64,000 nucleotides of DNA from Octopus sinensis (GCF_006345805.1 NC_043003.1:71920001-71984000); one strand, 5' to 3'; shown: positions 27,916 through 42,425, counted from the stretch's first letter. Translations and numbers: made by a program. Notes: generated from the letters alone by a model not told the origin.

Positions 27916-27959
27916 CTAGGGACAATCACGTATATCTTTCATTGAAATATAGATACACA

Positions 27960-28250
27960 CAGGAGGCACATGGCCTAGTGGCTAGGAGCAGCGGATTCGC
28001 TGTCGAGAGATCTCGGGTTCGAATCTCAGACCGGGCGATGTTTGTGTTTATGAGCGAAACATCTAAGCTCCACGCGGCTCCGGCAGAAGTAATGGCGAAC
28101 TTCTGCTCACTCTTTCGCCACAACTTGCTCTCACTCTTTCCTCCTGCATATTGCAGCTCACCTGCAACAGACCGGCGTCCCGTCCAGGTATAATCCAAAG
28201 GAAACCGGCCCTATGAGCCAGGCGTGGCTCGAGAAGGAACATGCAACAAT
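27960..28250 (+). mobile_element. tRNA-derived SINE
   Basis: A box TGGCCTAGTGG and B box GGTTCGAATC followed by a non-tRNA body. Confidence 0.8.
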
Positions 28251-28258
28251 ACAGACAC

Positions 28259-28294
<36 letters not shown>

Positions 28295-28479
28295 GCATGC
28301 ACGCATGCACACACGTACACACGTACACACAGACACATACGAAAACCGCTATTCATAGAAAGTTTTAAAAACCATCATTCATAAGCGACGCATCAATGTC
28401 TAACACAGACACACAAATACATACATATATCTATATACATATATATACATATATGTGTGTGTGTGCGTGTGTCTGTGTT

Positions 28480-28665
28480 TGGCTCCCACCATCGCTTAAC
28501 AACCGGTGTTGGTGTGTTTACGTCCCCGTAACTTAGCGGTCCGGCAAAAGATATCGATTAAATAAGTACTAGGCTGGGTTTGATTTGTTCGACTAAAGCC
28601 GGTGCTCCAGCATGGCCGCAGTCAAATGACTGAAGCAAGTAAAAGAATAAAGGATGAATAAAAGA
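28480..28665 (+). mobile_element. SINE family A, 3' part
   Basis: GTAACTTAGCGG..CGGCAAAAGA...AAGTACTAGG...CCAGCATGGCCGCAGTCAAATGACTG. Related pieces at 30320, 33100, 33240(-), 33450(-), 61065 and 61640. Confidence 0.8.
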
Positions 28666-29396
28666 ATACACACACGTATATATAATTATATATATATACA
28701 CACACGCATACACATATGCATATATAGGTGCAGGACGTTGCCAAGAAATGAAATACGAAAACAAATGAGTTCAATACTCAAACAACGAGAGAAACAAATG
28801 GAAAACAGGACTCGTAACATAAAGAACGACCCTTCATCAGTTGTTGGCTGTCTATCTACTCTTAATTTTGAGCATTGAATGACAATATGAGTCTTCGAAG
28901 GGCAGTTGCTCTTATAAGTATTAAAATAAAATTTTGGATTTACGGAGGGTCAAAGTTGGGAACAAAAACAGGACAGTGGAGACATATAAGGAAACTAGAC
29001 AAAAACAGACATGTAGGGTCGTTAGACGTCTACGAGGGTAAAATAGCGAACGCTGGAGATGTATTTTCTATGAAAAAAGAAAAGATAGGATACAGTTGTG
29101 CTTTTAATACAAGTTTAAGAAAAGAGTTGTTCTCAGTATATACGTGTGTGTGTGTGTGTTTGTGTGTGTGTGTTTGTGTGTGTGTGAGTGTTTGCGTTCG
29201 CTCGCACGCGCATGTTTGTAAATGTTTTTGTGTGAGTATAAATTATCAGGTGATCTCGTATATCTTACGATTCACTGTTTATGAATGAGGACGTTTTTAC
29301 TCAAAGCGATATTCAAACCGCTGATAAGTAGATATCTTGCCGCTTCATCCCTACACACGAACACACACACATACATACATGCATACTTATATGTGA

Positions 29397-29434
<38 letters not shown>

Positions 29435-30633
29435 CTAAATTGCTTCGAAAGTCAGCAGTATATTACGTAGGCGTCTACAAATATGTAAATATTTTCTTGT
29501 TTATATCATTCCACTTTAGAGAATAGCGCTCTTTTGTAAATAAACATTATCTGAGAATAGATTTCTTCCATAACTATACATTATATGTTTGTTTGTGTGC
29601 ATTTATGCGTGTATAGTTGAATGTATCTTGTATATGGGTGTAGAGTAAAATGTATTTATTCACGAACTTACTATCTCGCCTGGCGGCGTCGGAAAGTTAA
29701 TGGAAAAATAGGCTTAAAAGCCAAAAGATTGTTACGTACTCTGTCAAAAATGTTCTGATATTGTTGTGTGTTTGACATTAATCTTAAACTGAAATAATCT
29801 ACTCGCTGTCAAAGACACTCACTCTGATATTAATGCAATCTGAATACTAAATTTTCCATCAACCAATCCACTTACTCGCTTTCGAACCAACTAGGCAGTC
29901 TGTGGTCTCTTGACCAGTTAGATATAGTAGCTACCTCTTCTCGAAATGAATCACACCTACTTAAACAACGAAGGACACATTGATTAGTGAAGCAATAGAT
30001 TTCCAGAAAGTGTGTGTATGGTCGACTCTAAAATACATTTCGTTATAAAATCTACGAGTTAGGAGCTTCAAAACAGCAGCTTCAAAACAACGACAGCACT
30101 ACAAAGTTAGCATATTTATTGCAATGGTGACTGTAAAGAAAAGAAAGGCTTCATAAATGTTAATTATAATTCTTATGAAGAAATGCAAGAAAGACAACGT
30201 CATGCCTATATATATATATATACACCAAGAAAAAAAGCAACAAAAATGGATCAATATTTCGGTACAATTGTTTCGTACGAAGATCACCTTAATTGCTTTT
30301 ACTATATATATATATATAAAACTTAGCGGTGCGGCAAAAGAAACCGATAGAAGTACTAGGCTTACAAATAATAAGTCTTGGGGTAGATTTGTTATTTTAA
30401 TTTTAATAACTATATAGTTATAATATTTCTATTATATGTAATTTTCTAGATGGTGTAATTTAATTGTCCATTTTGAATTGATAAAAGCTTGTTTTTTTCT
30501 GTATATTATATTTTGTGAAATTTGATTTGGTATTTCTAAATTGAATTTTTCCCTGTAAGTTAGGAATAATATTCCCTCAAATAATAATAATAATATATAT
30601 ATATATATATATACATACATATGTATATATATA

Positions 30634-30703
<70 letters not shown>

Positions 30704-31027
30704 CGGTGTGTTTATGTCCACGTAACTTTGCAGACACACATACATACATATCAGACTCACATACATAGTCACACAAACCCATACACATAGACACACTCAA
30801 ACATCCACACAAGGAGACAGAGGTACACACACAAATACACACACACACAAACACATGAATATGCAGAATAAATACATACAAACGTACACACACATACACA
30901 TATATATATATACATATATATATATATGCACACACATACACAAACGCATACATATATTACATTACATTATATACATACATGCGTACATACATGCGTACAT
31001 ACATACATACATACATACATACATACA

Positions 31028-31061
<34 letters not shown>

Positions 31062-31320
31062 CATACATACATACAGACATGCATATGCATGAAGCACACA
31101 CAAGAGCACAAGCAAACATACAAAAAGAAACGCATCTCCCATAACGGAAAGCGTCAACGACTATTGAAGTGGATGCAAAAAGTAAGGAAAATTTTAGAAA
31201 AAAAAAAGGTAAATGAGTGGAAATCAAACTGGTGAATGTGTCAATTAATAAGACACTTAAACAGAATGACTCTCCTCAGACACAATTACATATATATATT
31301 ATATGGGATATCAAGAGGTG

Positions 31321-31408
31321 ACGCAGTACGACCGTTTCAAGCGGCTCCATTTAATTGAACAATGCAATAATTACATCAATATAAATGCAGGACCATCCTC
31401 AGCTGCAT
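31321..31408 (-). ncRNA. Type I hammerhead-like motif with long stem II
   Basis: Minus strand ATGCAG-CTGAGGA-[TGGTCC...GGAGCCGCTT]-GAAACGGTCGTA-CTGCGT: 6-bp stem I, intact core boxes, GTA cleavage triplet; the stem II junction is imperfect. Confidence 0.65.
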
Positions 31409-31680
31409 AAATAAAGAAATAGAATTATTAATCAGTGGGACACATTAATATAATTTTACTCAAAAGCTGTAATAGAGCAAGAAGATGGAAAGATTCCATG
31501 TTGCCACTAATGTAGCTAAGAATATACTACAGTATATTATTAACTACATTAGTGGAAACATGGACTATTGATATCCAGTTGCTTATTTTGATTTTAGTCA
31601 ACTTACGTTGAGTTGTACGGATAATACCGCACTGATTTCGTGCTTCAACTTAAGTACCTAATTCAACTGAATCCCATTTA

Positions 31681-31727
<47 letters not shown>

Positions 31728-31780
31728 AAATATTAGGGAATAAATCCAAATTTACAGGGTTTTATAGTTTTATAGTAAAA

Positions 31781-31967
31781 TATATATAATATTAATTAGA
31801 GACAAAACCACTATTTTGTAATCAAACAAGGAAAGACTTAATCAATACATAAAAAAATTTTAATATAAAGTAAATAAATATTTATTTATTTACTTTATAT
31901 TAAAATTTTTTATGTATTGATTAAGTCTTTCCTTGTTTGATTTACAAAATAGTGGTTTTGTCTCTAA

Positions 31968-31983
<16 letters not shown>
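31781..31983. repeat. Near-perfect ~200-bp AT-rich palindrome
   Basis: Arms of about 100 bp centred at 31881-82; only two single-base indels seen. Confidence 0.95.
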
Positions 31984-32012
<29 letters not shown>

Positions 32013-32025
32013 TGCATACATACAT

Positions 32026-32071
<46 letters not shown>

Positions 32072-32179
32072 TATATATATATATATATATATACATACAT
32101 ACATACATACATACATACATACATACATACATACATACATACATACACATACATACACACACACATATATATATATATA

Positions 32180-32338
32180 CACTCGAAGGGTTTCTTTTAG
32201 TTTCCATCTACCAAATCCACTCACAAGGCTCGAGTGCGATAGTAGAAAACACTTGCCCAAGATGCCACACAGTGGGACTGAACCCAAAACCATGTGGTTG
32301 GGAAGCAAGCTTCTTACCACACAGACACGCCTGCGCCT
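32180..32338 (-). mobile_element. tRNA-derived SINE family A, 5' part
   Basis: GGCGCAGGCGTG.CTGTGTGGTAAG...GGTTCAGTCCCACTG...GGGCAAGTGT. Related copies at 32850(+), 38235(-), 38850(+), 52995(+), 60615(+), 61425(+) and 63530(+). Confidence 0.85.
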
Positions 32339-32365
32339 TATACACATGCATGTGTGTGTGTATGC

Positions 32366-32396
<31 letters not shown>

Positions 32397-33049
32397 CGTG
32401 TGTGTGTGTGTGTGTGTATGTGTGTGCGTGTATTTAGAGAAAGGGGGTTCCTCTTGAAGTTTATTGAGAGAAGGTACAACTTCATGATCATCTGATACAT
32501 TACAAATATTCCTTTCATTGCTGATCAGACGTTAACTCACGCCACGTACTTCTAGTCCTATTGGCTGTCACTGTTCGTCTGATATTATATTCTATTGCTT
32601 CTGTGGTGTGATTCACGTCACAGTAAAAAAAGAAAGCAAAGATATTTTAGGGTTAATACCGTCACGCATGCTCATTCGCAATCACAAATAGTAACGCATA
32701 CAATTGTTTACACATATATAAATATGTCTGTGTATGTGAGCGTACTTATGTGTGTGCATGTATATGTGTGTGTATATGTATAACAGACACATAGACACAC
32801 ACACATATATACTTATACATAAAAATATATGCATATATAAATGTATACATAGGCACAGGCGTGGCTGTGTGGTAAGACTTTTGTTTCCCTGGCACATGGT
32901 TCTAGGTTCAATCTGACTACATGACATCTTGGGCAATTGTGTTCTACTATAGCCTCACGCTCACAAAAGCCTTGTGAGTGGATTTATTACGGAAACTGAA
33001 AGAAGGCCGTTGTATATAAATATATGTGGGCGCTCATGCGTCTCGGTGT

Positions 33050-33084
<35 letters not shown>

Positions 33085-33748
33085 ATGGTGTGTATCTGAG
33101 GCTCTGTCCTCCGCCACCAGTTGACAATCGGTGTTTGTTTTGATTACGTCATCGTAACTTTAGCAGTTCGGCAAAAGAGTCCGATAAAATAGTACCAGAC
33201 TGGGACAGCACCTGGAAAGATTTAGCTGAACCAGTCGACTTCAGTACTTATTCAACCGATTCGTTTTGCCGAACCACTTTGTTACGAGGATGTCAAAACA
33301 CCAACACCGGTTGTCAAGCGGTGGTGGGACACGCAACATACACACACAAAAATGTTCTCTACCCTTGGCCCGAGGGTAGAGTACAAGGCAATCGTCCAAA
33401 ATGATAGGCAGTGGGACTGAACCTATGTTAAAAAGATGCACATAAACATATCTTTAATCTTTTACTTGTTTCAGTCATTAAACTGCCTGCCATGATGAGG
33501 CACCGCTTTGAAAGGAATTTAGTCGAACGAATCTATCCCGCTAGCTTTTCTTCTCCTTAAAGCGTGATACTTATTCTATTGCACACTTTTGCCCAACCGC
33601 TAGGTTACGTGGATGTAAACACACCAATAACGACTGCGAAGTGGTGATGGGAGACAAACACAGACACAAAGTCTGACATACGCACATGTGTGTGTGTGTA
33701 TGTGTATGTATGTGTGTGAGTGAGTGTGTGTGCGTTTGTGTGTGTATG

Positions 33749-33783
<35 letters not shown>

Positions 33784-33939
33784 CGGTTCCCGTGGAGTGG
33801 GTTGTTCGGGGGTCTGCGCACGCGCGCGCCTTGGCGCGTACTGGGGGTTGGTCGGCCCCATGGGCTTGCGTTGTATTGTTTGTGTGTTGCGTGTGTGAGC
33901 GTGCTTCGTGTGTGTAGGCGTGCTTGGTGTGTGTGCGTA

Positions 33940-36060
33940 CGTATGTACACATACATACACACACACACACGCATGCATCCCTACTCACATACATACACGC
34001 ATACATACTTACACACACACATACACACACACACATACCCGCACACACACACACATACATACATACATACACACACATACATACTTAAGACATACACACA
34101 CACAGACATACACCCATACACTCACACTCACACGCATACACACACACACATATACACGCACACGCACACATACACACACACCTACATACATACATTACAC
34201 TTGTACACACACACACTTACATTCATACATACACACACCTATACAGCCATACCTTCACTCATACATACACACATATCTACACACACACAAAACACACAGA
34301 CACACACCCATACATACATACACCTATACACACACGCCTACACACATACATACACACATACATAAACACACACACATACACATACACATACATACGCACA
34401 CACACATATACTTACACACATGCACACACACACATACATACATACATACACCCATACACATACACACACACATACTTACATACTCCTATACACACATACA
34501 TACACACAGACATACACACATACACACTCACACATACATACACACACACATACTTACACACACACTCACCTGCACGCGCACACACATGCATGGCACACAC
34601 CCATACACTCACACTCACATACACACACACCAACATATACACGCACACGCACACATACACGCACACATACACGCACACATACACGCACACACACACCTAC
34701 ACTCCCACACACATACATACGCACCTACATACACACACACACGCATACACACGCACACACACGCATATATACATATATTACATACGTACACACACACCTG
34801 CATACACTCATACCCTCACCCATACATACACACACACACAAACATACACGGACACACCCATACATACATACATACACCTATACACACACGCCCACACACC
34901 TACATACACACACATGCATACACACACATACATGGACACACCCATACATACATACATACATACACCGATGCACACACGCCCACACACCTACATACACACA
35001 CATGCATACACACACACACATGTACGCCCATACACACACATATACGCACATACATATATACTTACACACATGCACACACACACACACATACATACGCATA
35101 TGCATGCACACGCGCACACCTACACGCATGTACGCATACATGCATACACACACACACGCGCACGTACACATACATACATACACACACACATACATACACC
35201 CATACACATACATGCATCCTATACACACAGACATACACACTCACACATACATACACACACACACACTCACTCACACACTTGCATGCACGCACACACACAT
35301 GCACACACACACACACGTACATACATACACACTCATACACATACACACTCATACACATACACACACACATACACACGGACATACATCTATACACACACAT
35401 ATACACACACATACTTACATACATTCATTCGGACACACTGACACCCAGACATACACACAGACACACTCACACATCCACACACACACTCGCAGGCGCGCGC
35501 ACATACATGCATGTGCGCGTTCGCGCACGCATACACACATGCATGCACCACGCCCGTGGGTACCGACTAGATCTCCTGTTCGTATCTGGGGCCGGCGTGT
35601 TCTTGGGGTTCTCTTACGCCTGTCACCGCGGGAGCACTTTTCCATCTTTCCCTCAGTTGCAGTTTGTTTCCTTAATACCCCCCCTTTTGTACACACACGC
35701 ACACACATACATACACCCACTCCCACGCAATCACACACACACATTTGCATATATATATACATTACACTTACACACACTTCAAATTTACTTGCCATACATA
35801 CAACTACGCACACTGGACACACACACACTACCACTCAACACACACACTGGCACGTTACATACGCCCCCACCTATTCCCTCCTTCCTCCTTTTACCACTGA
35901 CCACTCACTTGCTACTGCTATGTCAACTACATTTCGCCCTACGTACACACACTTACATACAGACACACGCACTAACATATACATATATTTTTTTCTTATC
36001 TCGCCTCACACACACATACACACACGCACACGTACACACTCACACATACATACACATTAT
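33940..36060 (+). repeat. 2.1-kb degenerate (CA/CATA)n low-complexity tract
   Basis: Source of the spurious 802-aa and 567-aa His/Thr/Tyr ORFs. Confidence 0.95.
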
Positions 36061-36236
36061 CTTTCCTATTCATCGAGTTGTTACCAACCTTCCTTTCTCC
36101 GCTCTTTTGTCTTTAAAAACTAGCCCCCGTTATCCAAAACTTCCGGCCTTTCAGCATGTTTATTTCGTAAAAACCAGTCGCGTTCTTTTTCCCTCCGTTC
36201 GCCCACCTCGGGATCTTTCTTTCTTCCTTCTCTTAT

Positions 36237-36271
36237 GTTTCCGACGAAGAGCTCCGCTCGAAACGTCATAC
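36237..36271 (+). ncRNA. Minimal hammerhead-like motif (U4C variant) in a pLTR-like repeat
   Basis: GTTT-CCGACGA-A-GAGC TCC GCTC-GAAAC-GTC-ATAC. Confidence 0.55.
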
Positions 36272-36372
36272 CCTCCTTCTTCCCTCTTTCCTGAGCGCCT
36301 AATAATAATACCTTAATTGTTCCACGTGTTGTTGTTTTTTCTGTTTTCCCGTTTGGATTAACTATATATATA

Positions 36373-36433
<61 letters not shown>

Positions 36434-36659
36434 GTAACAGAAAAGAGGAATTTCGATTATCCCCACGTGGTGAGTTGTAATGTATATAAGAAAATGAAAA
36501 AGGAAAATACGCACACTTACATAGTTTTAATATAATTTTTAATATATCGACTTCTTACTAGACATGCACGCCAGCGCTGCGCATATATATAGGTTATAAA
36601 AGATAATGGAGTCATTGAGATGCTGGTTCTACTTCATAAACATCAACCTCTGAAAGTTA

Positions 36660-36960
36660 CCATCTGACAAGGTGGCTCTCTTAGAGAATAGGCGCTCAAC
36701 TGCAGCCCTGGATGGGATGGCGGTGTTATACTTGGTAAACAGGTCGATGAAGACCTGCTCATCCAAAAAGGCAGGGGACTTCAATCAGGACCGCTTTCGA
36801 GACGGCTTCCATCCAGGTCTTCACCAAACTCTGCGCTTTGGATTTCAGTGACCTGTGGCTCCAGTTCTCCCGGAATTGAGTGATGTTGCTGAAGAATTCA
36901 TCTTCCTCATACACTTTCATTGCTGGTGGTGCTGCTGCCCTCTTCAATGGTCTCCATGTG
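36660..36960 (-). mobile_element. hAT transposase C-terminal dimerization-domain remnant
   Basis: Minus strand IDLFTKYNTAIPSRAAVERLFS, matching hAT P.SSA.VER.FS. Confidence 0.75.
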
Positions 36961-37279
36961 GTTTGTACTATTTTTCGCGGGTAGGAGGAGGCAAGACATT
37001 CGATCGTTATATCTTATAATCATATTTTCTTTATAGACCTCACACAGATTGTAGTTTAACATTTGTTACTAGGCTGCTCTCAATTCATGGAAATATTGCT
37101 TATGATTTAAAGCCGTGTTATTAAACTTTTGAAAATAGTGACACTACCTTGAAAGGTGACGCGTTGGGTGGGAGGATGAATAACCGAGATGAGGGATGGA
37201 ATGATGGTCGGAATTTGATAGATTCAATTTCATTGAAGACTGTGCATACTTAATCATGAGTTGAACATATATATATTCT

Positions 37280-38110
37280 TGCGTCTTAGTGGTCAACTTC
37301 ATTTTCATTGTGCGTTTTCGCGACACCGTTCTGAAATTCCATGACTTCTTCAGACGGTGTCATGACTGCTTCTGCTTGCTCTTCCTTACTGGTAGAGGCG
37401 GTCGTCTTTTCGGTAATAGCCTCCTTGGCTGGTGATGACGCCTCTTCACTTTTTTCTTCCTTTTTTTCTTTTTCTTCGTTTTCCTTTTTCTTAGTGGGGC
37501 ACTTTGATCTTAAGTGAACCGCCCTCACAGTCTCCTCACCAATAAGTATGCTTTCTGGAAAACTTTCCAAATCGGTGCTCGTGGCCTGCGCAAGGATCTC
37601 CAGAGTGTGGTCCCACCAGTTTTGTGGAGCGTCTCTGGAGATCTGTATAATATTTATCTTGTCCTCTCTTCCGAACAATATGGTGGCCACGATCCACATC
37701 GACCCGACTTCTGGTGAGATGTTCTTCACTTTTATTCGGGATAACCTTCTTCCGAAATATAATGGTAAAAGCATTAATTTACCGTTCTGCAAGATAAGAA
37801 CCTAGCTTCTATTGTCGCAAATCTAGGGCCTCGGGCCAAGTATTTTATTTGATTTAATACCGACCCAAGACACTTTTCCACGGTGCTCTCTTCAAAATGT
37901 TCAAATTTCTTCTCTAGTGCATCATTAGATTTATAAATAATTATTTTTCTCTAGTTTTGTTGATTAACTCGTTCGGTAGATTAATCATGCTTTCGCCGTT
38001 TTCCTCGGTTATCATACCGAAGTATGCTCGACTTTCCTCTTTTTTCAGACTAATCATTTCAGTTCCGCCAACAGCGGCGGTAAAATTCAATTTTTGTGTT
38101 TCTTCAGTTG
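37280..38110 (-). mobile_element. Probable LINE ORF1-like remnant; related piece at about 59560-59810
   Basis: 168-aa non-repetitive ORF 37286-37792 with a K/E-rich tail. Sequence near 37865 (CCAAGACACTTTTC..GGTG..TGTTCAAAT) recurs near 59692, so the sequence is multicopy. The ORF1 assignment is inference. Confidence 0.5.
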
Positions 38111-38129
38111 AAGACATTTTTAATATACA

Positions 38130-38225
38130 AACTTTACTTTATGAGTTCAATAAAGGCAACAATGCAACGAAAAGTGCAAGTTCTATTAATGCAGTATATG
38201 GGGATCGGACAATAAACGTAGTAAA
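38130..38225 (+). mobile_element. Mariner N-terminal HTH fragment
   Basis: LLYEFNKGNNATKSASSINAVYGDRTI, a Mos1-type HTH. Confidence 0.75.
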
Positions 38226-38323
38226 CAGTAACAATAGAAGACACTTGCCCAAGTTGATAAGTAGTGGGACTGAACCCGAAACCATGTGGTTGGGAAGCAA
38301 GCTTTTTACCACACAGACACGCC

Positions 38324-38380
<57 letters not shown>

Positions 38381-39039
38381 TGCGTGCGCGTGTATGTGTG
38401 TGTTTGGAGAAAAGAGGTGCGTCTTCAAGTTTATTGCGAGAAGGTACAAATTAGCATGATCACCTGATACATTAAAAATATTCCTTTCACAGCCGATCAG
38501 ACGTTAACTCACGCCACGTGCTTCAAGTCCTATTGGCTGTCAACTGTTTGTGTGATATCCTTATATTTTACTGCTCATGTGGCGTGATTCACGTCACAGC
38601 AAAACACGAGAGCAAAAACATTCTAGTGTTAATATGGCACGTACGCTCATTCACACTCACAAATGGTTACGCATACAATTGTGTACACACACACATATAT
38701 ATATGCGTCTGTGTATGTGTGTCTGCTAATATGTGTGCGTTTTTGTGAGTGTGTGTGTATGTGTATATATTAAAGACACACAAATAGACACACGCATACA
38801 TACTTATACGTAAAAGTATATGCCTGTTTGCGTGTATAGATAACTACATACATGGCTTTGTGGTCAGAAGTTTCCTTCCCATCCTCATAGTTCTGGTTTC
38901 AGTCTAAATACCTGGTATCTTTAGCAATTGCCTTCTACGACAGCCAGGCGCTCACAAAAGCCTTGTGAGTGGATCTTTTAGACAAACTTAAAGAAGTCCG
39001 TTGTATATAAATATATGCGTGCATGCATGTATGTAAGTT

Positions 39040-39085
<46 letters not shown>

Positions 39086-39090
39086 TTGTT

Positions 39091-39121
<31 letters not shown>

Positions 39122-39199
39122 CTGTGTATGAGGACGTGTGCCGTGAGTTACCGTTTGTCCTCACCTCCACTTGAGATCCGGTTTCGGTTTGTTTACGTC

Positions 39200-39383
39200 A
39201 ATTTAACTCATACAGTTCTATATTTAAGAGATGAGGAATTATGTACATTATTTACATTATTTACATTTGACGGATATTTGTCCCCATCGTTTTTGTTATT
39301 AACATAATGTTTCGGCTGATATACCCCCCAGCCTTCATCAGGTGTCTTGGGGAAATTTTGAACATGGGTTCTCATTCCTAAGA

Positions 39384-39466
<83 letters not shown>

Positions 39467-39570
39467 TTACACACTACGCCATATGCCCACGGGCATATGT
39501 CGTAGTGGTTAAGAGCACGGGCTACTAACGCCAAGATTCCGAGTTCGATTCCAGGCAATCACGTGAATAA
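39200..39570 (-). mobile_element. tRNA-headed, (AAT)n-linked, hammerhead-tailed element with head-to-head duplicated tRNA-like head
   Basis: HHR at 39301-39346(-); palindrome ACTACGCCATATGCCC-AC-GGGCATATGTCGTAGT (39473-39506); A box TAGTGGTTAAG and B box GTTCGATTCC on the plus arm. Confidence 0.65.
39301..39346 (-). ncRNA. Minimal type I hammerhead motif
   Basis: GACAC-CTGATGA-A-GGCTG...CAGCC-GAAAC-ATT-ATGTT. Core and stem II are intact; stems I and III carry apparent G-to-A decay. Confidence 0.7.
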
Positions 39571-39579
39571 TAATAATAA

Positions 39580-39618
<39 letters not shown>

Positions 39619-39619
39619 G

Positions 39620-39656
<37 letters not shown>

Positions 39657-39935
39657 TAATAATAATAATGGGTGGTTCGTTCAACATCCTTAAAAATCCT
39701 TATTCAGGGACCTTTTGAGCGGAATTGGTTACTCGACCAGAAGAAAATTCTAACTCGGCCCCACATGCAAGGTCATACGCTGTTTATCTTGATATGAGAT
39801 CACCATGTCGCGTACATATGGTTGTAATGCATGTGCCTGGTGTACCCTTATCAGACGGATAGTCATGATGGGTATACTGGGCTTCGTATATTTTACCCCA
39901 GTGTCACTTTGATTGCCTGCACTGCTCTCTCACTC

Positions 39936-40001
<66 letters not shown>

Positions 40002-40224
40002 CGTTAAAGCCTTCTTCGAGTGAGTCAACATTTTCTTCGGACCAGCAGTGAAAAAATACCTTCTATAGAACAATCTTCCTCTCAAGACCCTTCTCATCCT
40101 CAACAATGCTCTTGTTCACCCTCCCAATCTTGAAGTTGATATTCTGGACGAATTTAAATTTATAAAAGTTCTGTACCTTTCTCTACCTTTTTTTAAAAAT
40201 TTTCTTTTTAACTCTTACGAATTA

Positions 40225-41430
<1,206 letters not shown>

Positions 41431-41869
41431 CGATCTTTCAATTTCTGTCTGAAATATACATGTATATATCGTAAAATATAATTGCCAACTAGATGTGGCG
41501 GTTCCATAGAAGACGCTGCTACTGTTGTTTGTAGCCCCAGGAGGACATCTCCCCCAGCTGGCTAACGACACACTATCTGTGTCCGATTAGTATTTTCGAG
41601 GAGAAATAACACCCTCTCCCAAATTCCAAATTTGAGGCCTATATCAGAAAGGATTATTTTTATCAATAATATGCCTGAGGCAGAGAGCTGGAAATGCCAT
41701 TAGCACACCGGGTCAAATGCTTAACCCGGGTCAAATGCTTTCATCCTTCTTCGCGTTCTGAGTTCAAATTCTGCCGAGGTCAATTTTCCCTTTCATCCTT
41801 CCGAGGTTGATGAATTAAGTACCTCGACTTATCTCCTCTCCAAAATTTCTGATCTTGTACCAATATTCA

Positions 41870-42425
41870 GGCATTCACAACCCTCTATCAGTCGGGCAAT
41901 GGGATCGGTGAATGTTCCGCTTTAGAATTTTATAGAGGATTAGTGGCGGGAAAATGAGACGACGTTCTCGGAGAGACTTTGGGCGCCAATGAGAACGAGT
42001 TGGCTAGTCTGTTCTGGAGGACTTTCCGGGCGGGAACTATCATGGATAATTTCCAGATGTCCTTGGCCGGGCAGTGCTACCGGGAGCAGGGGGGGGACTA
42101 CCGGTTCGCGATAAACTCTACAGGCACGGATGTGCTGTCAGATGGACTTGCCCGAGGTGCACGCAGAGTGACGAAACCGTTCTGCACGCCCCCGTTCAAT
42201 GTCCAGGCGTTGTTGATTTGTGAAGTTATGTCGAACAGGTGGACAAGGCTAAAAGGCATGAGGACAGATAGATTCCCCTTTGGTAGAGCTCTCATTTACT
42301 CTTTAAAAGTTTCACACTTGAAAAGGAAATTGAAAGTGGAGAGGGAAGTGCTATTCTCAAGTGAGTTTATTGAAAGGTGGGTGAACGTTGCGAAAATGGC
42401 AAGAGTGGATGGTACCTCTCTAAGT
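41870..42425 (+). mobile_element. Tx1/L1-clade ORF2 C-terminal fragment
   Basis: Homologous to 1400-1960 (LGANENELASLFWRTF; HLKRKLKVEREVL..SEFIERWVNVAKMARV). Confidence 0.75.

Noticed and set aside
33908-36316. 802-aa, 567-aa and overlapping His/Thr-rich ORFs
   Set aside because: They are translations of a (CA/CATA)n tract that lacks stops by composition; no domain signal.
39491-39560. tRNA gene
   Set aside because: A and B boxes are present but no convincing acceptor stem was seen; it is the head of a repeat element.
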